Below, one piece after another: positions 11,501 to 18,525 of a stretch of DNA of 64,000 nt; the first letter of the stretch is position 1; every line of letters begins with the position of its first letter. The DNA lies in the IMG/VR virus record IMGVR_UViG_3300001199_000007, positions 633-64,632 of that record. The stretch is one strand, 5' to 3'. The notes under the pieces were generated by a model that made no database searches, was not told the DNA's origin, and worked only from the letters and a program-made list of their open reading frames with translations. The stretch is from a virus. Both the position numbers and the translations under genes were made by a program.

Positions 11501-14500
11501 TACGACGACGTCCGCACCAAGTTGGTCAAGGCCGGGATCCCGGACAACGAGATCGCCTTCATCCACGACTACGACACCGCAGCCAAGAAGGCGGCGCTGT
11601 TCCGGGATGTCCGCTCCGGTGCAATCCGCATCCTACTGGGGTCGACGGAGAAGATGGGCGCCGGCACCAACGTTCAGGAGCGCGTCGTCGCCCTCCACCA
11701 TCTCGATGCGCCGTGGCGGCCGTCGGACCTCGAGCAGCGCGAAGGCCGCGTCATCCGCCAGGGCAACATGCTCTACGAGCGTGACCCCGACGGCTTCGCA
11801 GTGGAGATCTTCCGCTACGCGACGAAGCAGACCTACGACACCCGGATGTGGCAACTCATCGAGCACAAGGCCGCCGGCATCGAGCAACTGCGCAAGGCGG
11901 ACGCTGACCTGTTCGAGATCGACGACGTCGGCGGAGAGGAATCCAATGCGGCCGACATGAAGGCGGCGGCATCCGGAAATCCGCTGATCCTGGAAGAGAT
12001 CAAGTTGCGCAACGAGGTCAACAGCCTGGAAGCGCAGCAGTACGGTCACACGCAAAGCCTGATCGGCCTGCAGGACCGGATCCGGCGTGCGCGTGCTGCG
12101 CGGCCCGATGCCGAAAAACTGTTGGCGCGACTCAAGCCCTTCATCGAGACCAACAAGCTCTACCCGGCGGATGCCGACTTCTCGATGCGCCTGGCCAGCG
12201 GCAAGGTTATCGACGACAAGGCCAAGGCTGCGGAGCCTTTCATGTCCGCATTCAAGCGGGTCATGGAAGGGAAGGAGGAGGACGTCGTCATCGGTGAGTA
12301 CCGCGGTGTCGGTCTCACGATCGACTCTACCAAGAAGGGGGTCGTCGCTGTCACCGGCAACGTCGGCGATCGCGAACTGCACATCGCGTCCTACACCAAG
12401 GATGACTCGTTCTCGGTGGTTGGTCTCTTCACCCGCGTCGACAACCTCCTCAAGAGTGCCGAGTACCACGTGGCACAAGAGATGGCCGACGTCGAGCGGT
12501 ACGAGGCGGCGATCCCGGGGCTCGAGGAGGAAGCGAAGAAGCCCTTCGCGAAAACCGAGGAACTGCAGGCCAAGCGCGTCGCCCACCGCAACGTCACCAA
12601 TCAACTCGCCAAGGCCGGTGGTTCGATCGCCCTGACGCCTCCGATGCAGCGCGAGCTCAAGCGTGCCATCGCGAAGCGCCTCGGCAAGCCCGTCGAGGAG
12701 CCCCGCAAGGACGTCAGCGCCGCGGCACGGCCGAAGTCAGCGGTGCTGGCGCGCAGCGGACTCAGCGCGCGCGGCGCGCGTGCGATTGCGGAGGAGGCGT
12801 ACGGAGCCGAGGGCATCGGTGCCCTTGTGCGGCACGGGGTCCTCGAGTTCGTCGACGGCGCCGGAGCGCTGCCGGCCTCGCTGCAGGACTTCATCGAGCG
12901 CTTCGAGCTCGACAACCCGGGGCGGGAGGTGGCCGCGGTCACGGACCACGCGCTGGACCGCGTGTTCATTATCGCGGACCGTGCCAGGGCGTCGGACATC
13001 CCGGCCCTGGTCATGCACGAGATCGGAGAGCACTACGGTCTGCCCAAGATGCTGGGGCAGGCCAACTACAACCGGCTCCTCACCGAAGTCAGGGCCATGC
13101 ACGAGAGCGGCGCCAATCCGCTGCTCGACGATGCCTGGCGCTACGTGGAGACGCACTACGGATCGCTGCCGACGGGATCCGAGGAGTTCCTATCCGAAGT
13201 GCTGGCCAGGGTCTCCGAGCGCGCCGAGTTCCGCGCGACGCCGCTGTGGCGTCGCCTGCTGTCGGCGGTGCGCCAGTTCCTGTTCCGCATCGGCTTCACG
13301 CGGGCCTGGAAACTGAAGCCGGAGGATCTCGGGATCATGGTCGCCGCGGCACTGCGCCGGTCGATGCTGCCGGGGTCCGTGGTACCGAAGACCGCGCCGG
13401 ACCGCGCGCCAGCCTTGGCCGCCGCTGGCGCCGCGCCGGTCTACTACTCCCAACTCGAGCAAGTCGTCCGCGACAAGCTGCCCAACAAGGGCGGCGCCAA
13501 GATCTTCAGGTCGATGATCGAGGGGTGGCAGCGCAAGGGCGATTTCAAGAAGGAGGAGATCGAGTGGTCCGGGCTGCTGGAGTGGCTGGACCAGCAGGAC
13601 GGGAAGCTCGAGAAGCCGGCCGTGCTCGAATTCCTGCGCGCCAATGGCGTCCAGGTGGAGGAGGTGGTCAAGCACTCCGGGCCGGCCGTTCCGCAGGCCG
13701 ACATCGACGCGGCCCGGGCGTGGCTCGTCAAGAAGTTCGGCGACCCCAACGAGGACGCCGTCTTCCCGGACTGGCGCTGGGAAGATGCCGCGGCTGGCGA
13801 TCACGACGCCGTCGGAGATCTCGAAGGCCTCGGCATGCCGGACAAGCTGCTGGAGCCGTTCCGGACGGCCGCGCAGGGCGAGCACGGGCCGCAGTACTCG
13901 ACCTACCAACTCGGCGGCGGCGACAACTACCGCGAGATCCTGCTGACGCTTCCACCCAAGGACAGCATCACCCAGGTGCGGGTCAAGACTGCGCCTGGCT
14001 GGGGCGACACCGACGGCGGCGACATGGCGGTGGAGACGCGAGGGGACACTGGGGCTGACTTCCGCAGCGGTCACTGGCGCGAGCCCAATGTGCTCGTGCA
14101 TGTGCGAACCAACGAGCGCACAGACGCAGATGGCAAGCGCGTGCTGTTCATCGAAGAGGTCCAGTCCGACTGGCACCAGCAGGGACGGCGCAAGGGTTAC
14201 AACACGCCCCTGACCGAAGCCGACAAGGCAAGAATCGAGCGCATCGAGAATGACGCGGTGCGCGGACCTATGAGTGCTGCGGATGCCGAGTGGTACAACG
14301 CCAACGTCAACGACCGGCACCTTCTCACTCCGAATGCGCCGTTCAAGACCGTCTGGCCGATGCTGGCCATGCGCCGGATGATCCGGTGGGCCGCTGAGCA
14401 TGGGTTCGACCGCATCGCATGGACGACGGGCGAGCAGCAGGCAGAGCGGTACAACCTCAGCAAGCACATCGACCAAGTCATCCACGCCCGCGAAGATGAC

Positions 14501-17500
14501 GGCACGTACTCGATCGGCATCTATAAGAACGGCCGCGCGGTCCCAGGCTTCGACGAAGCCAAGTCATATAGCGAGGCCGACGTGGCATCAATGCTGGGCA
14601 AGGAACTCGCCCAGAAGATCGTCAACGGCGAGGGCAAGCCGCTTCCAGGTGGCCCTGAAAAGGAGCTCACTGGTCTCGATCTGAAGTTCGGCGGCGAGGG
14701 GATGCGCGCGTTCTACGATCGCGAGCTCGTCAACGAGGTCGGCAGGTACGTCAAGAAGTGGGGCACCAAGGTCGGCGTGACGCGCATCACCACGGATGCC
14801 AGCGCGGAGCGCTTCGCCGGGGCCATGCTCCGCGATGGGAAGCCGCGCCCGGGCGCCGGCCAGGTCGAGGTGCACTCCGTCGACATCACGCCGGAGATGC
14901 GCGCCGGAGCGGCGAGACCGCAGCCCATGTTCGCGGTGAAGCCGACCCAGCAGCAGGCCGCCCTCGGCGGTGGGTCCAAGCAGCAGCAGCTCGAGGACGA
15001 GGCCTGGCGCAAGGCCGGCATGCCCCGCGACAACAGGAGCCTGGCGGACCGCCTCGAGCACTGGGGGCAGGAACGGTGGGCCACGATCAAGGAGGAATTG
15101 ATCGACAACTTCCAGACCGGTGTCTTCGATCGGTTCAAGCCGATCAAGGATGCCGAGGGAGTCATCGACCCCGCGCGGTCCGGCTACCTGTCAGCGCGCC
15201 TCAGCACCGGCGGTAGCTCCGTGCTCTACGCGATGATGCTGTACGGGGCGCCGGAAATGCGCCGCGGGATCATCCAGAAGAAGGAGGGTACCCACGGCCT
15301 CCTCGAGATCCTGTCGCCGGTCGGCAACGATCTGAATCGCTGGGCTGCGTGGATGGTGGGGAAGCGCGCGGACATGCTGGCCGACCAGCACCGCGAGAAC
15401 AATCTGACGCTGGAGGAGATCGCCTACCTCAAGAGCCTCGCCGGGCCCGATGAGGAGAAGTTCGAGAGCGTCGCCCAGAACGTGCGGGCCTTCATGACCG
15501 ACGTACTCGGCATGATGAAGTCCGCTGGTCTGCTGGTGGACGAGCAGGTCGAGGCGTTCAGCAAGGATGCCTACTACCTTCCGTTCTATCGAATCGACGA
15601 GGACGGCGATGCGACGCGCCCCTTCACGAAGCGCGGGCTCAGCCACCAGTCCAGCGGCATCAAGCGCCTCAAGGGCGGCGCCCTGGCGCTGAACGACCCC
15701 ATCGAGAACCTGTTCGCGCACCTCTCCAAGGCGGTCGACGCCTCGATGAAGAACTACGCGCTGGCCAGGGTCATCTCGAACACCACGAAGCACATGACCA
15801 CGGCCAAGGAAGGCGACCGCGCCAAAGCCATCAGGGTGATGTGGGACGGAAAGGAACTCTGGTTCAACGTGGACGAGCCCGCGCTGCTGCGCGCGCTCAC
15901 CGCTGTGGGGGAGAAGCCGCGGGACGGCATCGCCCTCAATATCGGACGCACGATGCGCTGGCTGCTGACGACCGGCGTCACCCTGGATCCAGCGTTCATG
16001 CTGCGCAATTTCATGCGCGACTCGATGCACAGCTGGATGATCGACAAGAACTCCATGCGCTTCGGGATCGATTCACTGAAAGGGGCGGGGACCACGCTGG
16101 ACTCCATCGCGAAGACCGCACGCGGCCGGCCCGAGGACGCGGATCCGGCCCTGGTCTCGATGATGTTCGCCGGCGCCAGTTTTGTCGGTGGCCACGTCTA
16201 CGGCACCGACCCCAAGGCCAATGCCGCAGCGATGCGCAAGGCGCTCCGCCGCAAGGGGCTCAACGACCAGCAGATCAGCAACTACATGGGCACGCTGACG
16301 ACGTCGGCAGCGAAGTTCGCCTCGATGTATACGGCGATCGGGGAGGCCATCGAGAACGCGAACCGCATCGCGACGTTCAAGGCGGCGCAGGACGCCGGTC
16401 AGGGCCTGGCGCATTCGCTCTATGAAGGCAAGGACCTCATGGACTACAGCCTGCGCGGGCAATGGGCCATGGTCCAGGTGATGGCCGATGTGCTGCCGTT
16501 CTTCAACGCCCGACTGCAGGGCCTCTACAAGCTCGGGCGCGAGGCGCGTCGGGATCCCAAGGTGCTCGGGCTCGTCGCGACCCGCATCGCGGCGCGTGGT
16601 GCGCTGATGGCCTTGGCGGCCACCGCCCTGGTTGCCGCGTACAGCGGGCAAGACCGCTACGAAGAGCTCGAGGAGTGGGACAAGGACGCGAACTGGCACT
16701 TCTGGGTCGGTGACACCCATTACAGGGTCCCGAAGCCGTTCGAGCTCGGGATCCTGTTCGGGACGATCCCGGAGCGCATGTATCGCCTGGTGCGCGGCTA
16801 CGATCGGTTCGGAGAGTTCGTGCAGAGCGGGTGGCACAACATCGTGACCACCCTGGCGTTCGACATACGTCCACAAGCCCTTCGGCCGGCGATCGAGATC
16901 TTCAACAATTTCTCTTCTTTCAGACAGCGACCGATCGAGTCCATGGCAGATCTCAAGAAGTTGCCAGAGGATCGATACGGTTCGCACACGTCGCCGACGA
17001 TGGTCGAGATCGGACGGCTCACCGGGGCGTCTCCCAAGAAGCTGGAATACGCATGGGACGGCTACCTCGGGACCGTTGGGAGTTATTGCCTCGGGATCGC
17101 CGACTCCATGGTGCGAGTGGCACGAGGTGACGTCACACCGACAAGGCGCATCGAGGACTATCCGATCATCGGGTCGTTCATTCGTACCGGACCGGCCTGG
17201 AACACCGAGTACCAAACAGAGCTTTACGAGTTGGTGAAGAAGGCCGAACAGGTCAACAATTCGATAAGGGACAAGTCGAAAGTCGGCGATGACGCCGCAG
17301 CAGATCGCATGGTCGCCGACTACGAAGCGCTACTCGCGGTGCGCAAGATGCTGAATCGGTCCGCGGACAAGATCGGGAAGTGGCGCAAGCAGCGCGACGC
17401 CATCTACAACGATCCCGAGATGTCGGCCGAGGACAAGCGCCTTGAGATCGACCAGATCCAGATCAGGATCAACGAGGAAGCTATGGAAGCGGTGCGCGAC

Positions 17501-17524
17501 GCCGAAGCCGAAGGCGCTCAGTAG
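2522..17524 (+). CDS. Giant polyvalent DarB-like ejection/anti-restriction protein (5,000 aa)
   Basis: Start at ATG 2522 (MALKPYSGEV). PPase-like domain HYGYIRGTKGRDKEHIDVFVG (~4210-4690). N6-MTase VLEPSMGVGNF/IGNPPF (~7140-8250). SNF2 helicase LRPHQ, GAGKT, VDEAH, ATGTP, QREGRVIRQGN (~9480-11950). HEIGEHYGL metallopeptidase-like motif (~13010). EEVQSDWHQ domain (~13420-14920). LPD38-like WHFW..RVPKPFELG (~16690-16760). Confidence 0.9.
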   Translation: MALKPYSGEVIKDTAQQGSAAMKPYRGPVLEDDADAAILEGAAVAGKIATNVARLGLGAVDLAAAAAQRGYHNLTRSDLDRQLETKRFVPATSIERPQGEPVGAFDAETGQRAARRDAAEVARPAQAPPALFSVTNNTPAGEKLSEVEQELDEAKTPGTRAAFREVMEAGQGEPSELRAAYKTVRAIARNPLVAGEMLVENAGLFVPTMAAQRIVALPTYRRTFTAVLDSETKKLVASNVPKEVAEVAARQTATIAARNEAIRAGAQAGLWTEVGMGAAFAGDQASQTIMAMDPKVLAKSPAYQELVEQGVSEEDARIQLANEARLMAGPIAGAATGLASKLSGAISRETEIVSGLGMATRGVLGGVLRFGSTVGRETAEEAAQEAGEQVSSNIGATRALGHDVTVAGAAEGAGSAAALGGTLGAAAGSAFAGAEVIQRAMSEQVHTAQPSSRVTSTSPAGKDTGAVSRPISDEGAATIGRGAHQEADIGSALARIERDKNEDSEEAAGRDSSARTVTGGDGSSPALSPGSVGAAAPSENLSAAAEGTGAIRPIPDAGGEQTPALEAAANEAATSPRNDLPDPSDAQKEAGNYRKGHVKIQGLDISIENPAGSRRRPEWGPLKDHYGYIRGTKGRDKEHIDVFVGADTDSPVAYVVDQIDPETGNFDEHKIILGQRSLKDAREAYQRNYQADWKGLGNITAVPVRDLREWLRTPQTKPFAKATRLKVLDDKRLADPLTRQQLSDMAPEAGWFQVGGKVQRSGDGAGDFEEAMGRGHQHGDIIGRTSWVPNAPWFPEVQQRAPLPGNTRGTATLEAVQKALDGRQMTAPERAHVRGMLEHLDELRRDYEAHGAADVDPFDLTGEMTRQGLGEADVNDAAVVARAVELDEAAVEQAAKHYEADDRGFMQAVRRIVDGRGQQEQGQQARGDGQGRQGAQGEEGGAGVAGQPGQAAREDGGQVGGGPRADGGTGLRSAPESDAGSRDQGAVPGADRVAGRDQESGTTGLQDRAVAAAPALELEAQTEADLTARAERTRAAEAQEKQDAAKAEERARADVEASDFRLTGSDRPADVAMAGGQADLIGAAQRSPDRAAIAEGVKPMVQREQAAASRFIDAASEQFGITAEEARRAMDHLVKTKMVSLGAVDGQFKLKDGRVWNKEILRRAADLARGQTDPLAPPSSGSVNEKPAAPRASDRFNVRPAAQEGWMVVEDPRGDGTGQALARFRLRPDGGAGKIQHYFESPSTRGPVEEAVDRWNRERTPKELTKEARAELISAFEAAPVGSTIRYDGKVYERTGPSIVWRQQGEGLGTRGLVPSFFVDHGVRDLPTPPTAAAPAEAATTTPIAATEQPEAATAGAVLRIEPFGSLIAVRGDTKPNKDRIKAVGGAIWNRKAEAWTFKKEKEPALRAALADLLEPGGSRQFINAAPAGATLESSGGKGDGKPENAAEPEGLQGRDGGRDRADGRTGEPDRGPLGGRLAEAGPEARKPEPAPAGDQGADGTGTARPGPRGAEPVDGGDRDAPDGRRDGRPAGIVDEPAGDHVISDQDQVGEGGEKAKARANLAAIELVKRLESEGRSATLEERRALARYVGWGGLKAIFDPQNSKWSDEHLRLTSLLSAEEFAAARASMLDAHYTSLPVVDAMWEAAEAMGFTGGRVLEPSMGVGNFFGRMPEAVRARSVLNGVELDRITGLIAKQLYQRADIAVATGFQDVTYPENSADLVIGNPPFGSQVLYDASMPTATRGFSIHNFFFAKAVQVTRPGGLITMVVSHNLMDQVDASARQWIAERAHLRGAIRLPYTAFLSNAGTEVVTDVLFLQKAMPGEKPDTSWVETKSITLEAKDGTPREFNVSSYFLANPRMVLGRQEATGKMYGRPDQYNVAPTAGSSLDEQFRAAAIAGLPEKVYVAAEKPVDVAGMRDAMVPETTKVYGYFMDKDGETVLQRVADTFDGKPQSKVVEFTDKTSPRRAAGMVKVKEALRELMRAEMTEGTSNAALGTLRQSLNTIYDGFVKQYGYINAATNRRAFRDDPDLPLLESLEPKYDPGISKDVAKKRDVEARPASAGKADIFKKRVLQPTLEVTSVSSAKDALIASLNTRGRVDPDYMAGIYGKDFDTIADELGDLVFRDPDGGTWQPADVYLSGNVKHKLKVAKAAAAKSQDLQRNVTALEAVQPVDVPAIKIGVRLGSSWLPPWAIRDFAKSILGNGTSAYPTYVRAVGRWSITIEGADQAASISRWGTARVPAVDVMSAVMNNKQIIVKDNVGTSREPVYVVNEAETEMARARADDMAAKFREWIWQDEKRRTTLERIYNDDYNTDRRRTYDGSHLTLPGSSPAIQLRPHQKSGIWRGVIERAELLDHVVGAGKTFEMAGIAMELRRLGIARKPMFTVPNHLVRQWRDEIYKLYPNANVLAATEADFEKANRKRLFGRIATGDWDAVIVGHSSFQRIGTPSEMEKQILAEQLEEITQAIEAIKRDRGDRHVIRDMERIKQNLAARMKLLAESAGKKDDVVSFDEIGVDALFVDEAHLFKNLFYMSQMRGIAGMGSPAGSGRAFDLFVKTQYLNKRYREQARIVFATGTPVSNSLVEMYTMQRYLAWDELKRRGISTLDAWAGVYGDVQNVYEVHPSGTGYRLKSRFAKFVNLPSLMDLYRSVADVVTMQDLKDQAKAAGGRFPVPNVKGGKPKNVVADRSPQQIQFFGVPEFKRDRDNEIMFKTPSDLRPEERVDGKWWLVGSPYYPVKGVEKGTQYGGPYESEAEAKEQAAILIEQPIVQYNEGSILWKFEHLRELTKTTKGKVNALSVTNEARKAGLDYRLIDPAAPDFPGSKINQSVVEMKRIYDEWSADKGTQLVFCDLSTPQSARASAATKEKVAYVRDGDGEIKRVKATVAPVDGYPVAFLVVKEKAGQYRVHDGLTGADLRITGTTRDEAVAALKSRVGTGTGWIDDLRTKYGEIDEDAISEFKAARGDESADDGEEDNTITLGDLLALGGSGKFSVYDDVRTKLVKAGIPDNEIAFIHDYDTAAKKAALFRDVRSGAIRILLGSTEKMGAGTNVQERVVALHHLDAPWRPSDLEQREGRVIRQGNMLYERDPDGFAVEIFRYATKQTYDTRMWQLIEHKAAGIEQLRKADADLFEIDDVGGEESNAADMKAAASGNPLILEEIKLRNEVNSLEAQQYGHTQSLIGLQDRIRRARAARPDAEKLLARLKPFIETNKLYPADADFSMRLASGKVIDDKAKAAEPFMSAFKRVMEGKEEDVVIGEYRGVGLTIDSTKKGVVAVTGNVGDRELHIASYTKDDSFSVVGLFTRVDNLLKSAEYHVAQEMADVERYEAAIPGLEEEAKKPFAKTEELQAKRVAHRNVTNQLAKAGGSIALTPPMQRELKRAIAKRLGKPVEEPRKDVSAAARPKSAVLARSGLSARGARAIAEEAYGAEGIGALVRHGVLEFVDGAGALPASLQDFIERFELDNPGREVAAVTDHALDRVFIIADRARASDIPALVMHEIGEHYGLPKMLGQANYNRLLTEVRAMHESGANPLLDDAWRYVETHYGSLPTGSEEFLSEVLARVSERAEFRATPLWRRLLSAVRQFLFRIGFTRAWKLKPEDLGIMVAAALRRSMLPGSVVPKTAPDRAPALAAAGAAPVYYSQLEQVVRDKLPNKGGAKIFRSMIEGWQRKGDFKKEEIEWSGLLEWLDQQDGKLEKPAVLEFLRANGVQVEEVVKHSGPAVPQADIDAARAWLVKKFGDPNEDAVFPDWRWEDAAAGDHDAVGDLEGLGMPDKLLEPFRTAAQGEHGPQYSTYQLGGGDNYREILLTLPPKDSITQVRVKTAPGWGDTDGGDMAVETRGDTGADFRSGHWREPNVLVHVRTNERTDADGKRVLFIEEVQSDWHQQGRRKGYNTPLTEADKARIERIENDAVRGPMSAADAEWYNANVNDRHLLTPNAPFKTVWPMLAMRRMIRWAAEHGFDRIAWTTGEQQAERYNLSKHIDQVIHAREDDGTYSIGIYKNGRAVPGFDEAKSYSEADVASMLGKELAQKIVNGEGKPLPGGPEKELTGLDLKFGGEGMRAFYDRELVNEVGRYVKKWGTKVGVTRITTDASAERFAGAMLRDGKPRPGAGQVEVHSVDITPEMRAGAARPQPMFAVKPTQQQAALGGGSKQQQLEDEAWRKAGMPRDNRSLADRLEHWGQERWATIKEELIDNFQTGVFDRFKPIKDAEGVIDPARSGYLSARLSTGGSSVLYAMMLYGAPEMRRGIIQKKEGTHGLLEILSPVGNDLNRWAAWMVGKRADMLADQHRENNLTLEEIAYLKSLAGPDEEKFESVAQNVRAFMTDVLGMMKSAGLLVDEQVEAFSKDAYYLPFYRIDEDGDATRPFTKRGLSHQSSGIKRLKGGALALNDPIENLFAHLSKAVDASMKNYALARVISNTTKHMTTAKEGDRAKAIRVMWDGKELWFNVDEPALLRALTAVGEKPRDGIALNIGRTMRWLLTTGVTLDPAFMLRNFMRDSMHSWMIDKNSMRFGIDSLKGAGTTLDSIAKTARGRPEDADPALVSMMFAGASFVGGHVYGTDPKANAAAMRKALRRKGLNDQQISNYMGTLTTSAAKFASMYTAIGEAIENANRIATFKAAQDAGQGLAHSLYEGKDLMDYSLRGQWAMVQVMADVLPFFNARLQGLYKLGREARRDPKVLGLVATRIAARGALMALAATALVAAYSGQDRYEELEEWDKDANWHFWVGDTHYRVPKPFELGILFGTIPERMYRLVRGYDRFGEFVQSGWHNIVTTLAFDIRPQALRPAIEIFNNFSSFRQRPIESMADLKKLPEDRYGSHTSPTMVEIGRLTGASPKKLEYAWDGYLGTVGSYCLGIADSMVRVARGDVTPTRRIEDYPIIGSFIRTGPAWNTEYQTELYELVKKAEQVNNSIRDKSKVGDDAAADRMVADYEALLAVRKMLNRSADKIGKWRKQRDAIYNDPEMSAEDKRLEIDQIQIRINEEAMEAVRDAEAEGAQ
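4023..4217 (+). CDS. Nested +1-frame ORF inside the giant gene (64 aa, MKILKKLQDA...)
   Basis: SD GAGGG 6 nt upstream. 48/64 codons end in G/C, while the giant frame switches to A/T-ending codons and low-complexity sequence here. Confidence 0.45.
   Translation: MKILKKLQDATAARVLSPEEMGAVLRYHQDQLEQQRQVRTSPRLRKALERFDLFLMPAASKLLH
5262..5399 (+). CDS. Nested +1-frame Lys/Ala-rich 45-aa ORF (MAEDSKSRVSKLVATAKGVKARKAKKAAPASQASLDKLREKMGAK)
   Basis: SD GGAG 8 nt upstream. All 45 sense codons end in G/C; about half of the giant-frame codons over the same stretch end in A/T. Not in the supplied ORF track (too short). Confidence 0.55.
   Translation: MAEDSKSRVSKLVATAKGVKARKAKKAAPASQASLDKLREKMGAK
5400..5600 (+). 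CDS. Nested +1-frame ORF, 66 aa (MEARVLTEEPDFDRLRSLMREVGIKGPYLVRIG...)
   Basis: GTG start directly follows the TAG of the 5262-5399 ORF. Globular-looking composition; 58/66 codons end in G/C. Confidence 0.5.
   Translation: MEARVLTEEPDFDRLRSLMREVGIKGPYLVRIGSQVEIKSPVPRDFKIERWPLPQRLSSKRRPKRT
6840..7121 (+). CDS. Nested +1-frame ORF, 93 aa, immediately before the DarB MTase module
   Basis: Strong SD GGAGG 8 nt upstream; 86/93 codons end in G/C. Protein-like sequence QIADRWAGGWPKQARKL..LLPAIKAQMEQEQ..ETRQMAG..APP. The giant frame here is a G/R/D/P low-complexity linker. Confidence 0.7.
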   Translation: MENPRTLLNRKVYKAETVAEIERMGELASQIADRWAGGWPKQARKLESQNRLLPAIKAQMEQEQRALDLEAQNPWMGGIETRQMAGVTDAPPE

Positions 17525-17763
17525 AACGAGCCAGCCATGTCACGGAACGGGACTGACAGGAAGAGCGAAAGCAAGATGCCGCCGATCGCTCCGAGCACCA
17601 GCAATGCTTCGATATCCTGCCTGTCGAATGGAGCCCCTTTCCCCAGCCAACAGCAGAGGCATACGCCTACTGCCAAGCCCGCCTCCTCGAAAAGGACGGT
17701 CAGCGTGCCGACGATCAGCAGGGCGAACAGGCTGAAGAGCAGGGCGATGCGCACGGCCAGCAT
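17518..17763 (-). CDS. Small antisense membrane protein (81 aa, 2-3 TM segments)
   Basis: ATG at 17763. Hydrophobic segments LAVRIALLFSLFALLIVGTLTVLF and IEALLVLGAIGGILLSLFLSV. Convergent with the giant gene (7-nt overlap). Confidence 0.55.
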   Translation of the reverse strand: MLAVRIALLFSLFALLIVGTLTVLFEEAGLAVGVCLCCWLGKGAPFDRQDIEALLVLGAIGGILLSLFLSVPFRDMAGSFY

Positions 17764-17796
17764 CCTAATCCAACCCGCTCGGTTGTATGATCGGAC

Positions 17797-17820
17797 CAGC
17801 AGAACAGCAGAGCAGCAGGA
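17797..17820 (+). promoter_or_regulatory. CAGCAGAN x3 array between a -10-like TATGAT (17786-17791) and the endolysin RBS
   Basis: CAGCAGAA-CAGCAGAG-CAGCAGGA; the same motif recurs at other gene starts. Confidence 0.5.
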
Positions 17821-17829
17821 GGCCAAGCC

Positions 17830-18513
17830 GTGCACCTGACGATGCAGCAGTTCGCCTCGGTGGCACCGGCAGGTAGACCCTTCTACCCAGCCCTGGCGGA
17901 AGCCGCTGCCAGCTGGGGCATCGACACCGCGCTCGAGGAATCGATCTGGCTGGGCCAGCTTTACGTGGAGTCCGACGCCTTCACCTCGCTGCGGGAGTCG
18001 CTGAACTACCTGGCCAGTGTGCTGCCGGGCAAGTTCAAGGGGCGGATCACCGAGGCCGAGGCCGCGCAATACGGCCGGATCGAGAAGATCGTGAACGGCC
18101 GCAAGGTCGTCACACAGCCCGCCAACCAGCCCGCGATCGCCAACTGCATCTACGGCCGCAGCTGGGGCCGGAAGAATCTCGGGAACACGCTGATCGGTGA
18201 CGGCTGGGCCTTCATAGGCCGCGGCTTCCCCCACATCACCGGCCGCGACAACTACCGGACCTGCTCGATCGGTATCTACCGCGACGAGCGCCTCGTCGAC
18301 GCCCCGCATCTGCTCGAGCAGCCCGAGGCCGCTGCGCTCTCGGCCGGCTGGTTCTGGCGATCCAGGTCGATGAGCCCGCTCGCGGCAAAGGGCGACATCA
18401 AGGCCGTGACCATGAAGTGGACCGGCTGGAAAGGGGAAGGGGACGGCGCCGGCGTAAAGCTCGCGGAACGCGTCGCCCACGCCAATCGATTCCGCGACGC
18501 GCTCGACGACTGA
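17830..18513 (+). CDS. Endolysin, glycoside hydrolase family 19-like
   Basis: WLGQLYVES, RESLNY, GDGWAFIGRGFPHITGRDNY and PHLLEQPEAAALSAGWFW motifs. GTG start with SD GGAGG. Confidence 0.85.
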   Translation: MHLTMQQFASVAPAGRPFYPALAEAAASWGIDTALEESIWLGQLYVESDAFTSLRESLNYLASVLPGKFKGRITEAEAAQYGRIEKIVNGRKVVTQPANQPAIANCIYGRSWGRKNLGNTLIGDGWAFIGRGFPHITGRDNYRTCSIGIYRDERLVDAPHLLEQPEAAALSAGWFWRSRSMSPLAAKGDIKAVTMKWTGWKGEGDGAGVKLAERVAHANRFRDALDD

Positions 18514-18525
18514 GAGGGGCGAACA

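Noticed and set aside
16267-16280. CCAGCAGATCAGCA match to the CAGCAGAN array inside the giant gene, plus single coding copies at ~100, ~1412 and ~29187
   Set aside because: Explained by Gln-Gln codons in coding sequence far from gene starts; not counted as regulatory copies.
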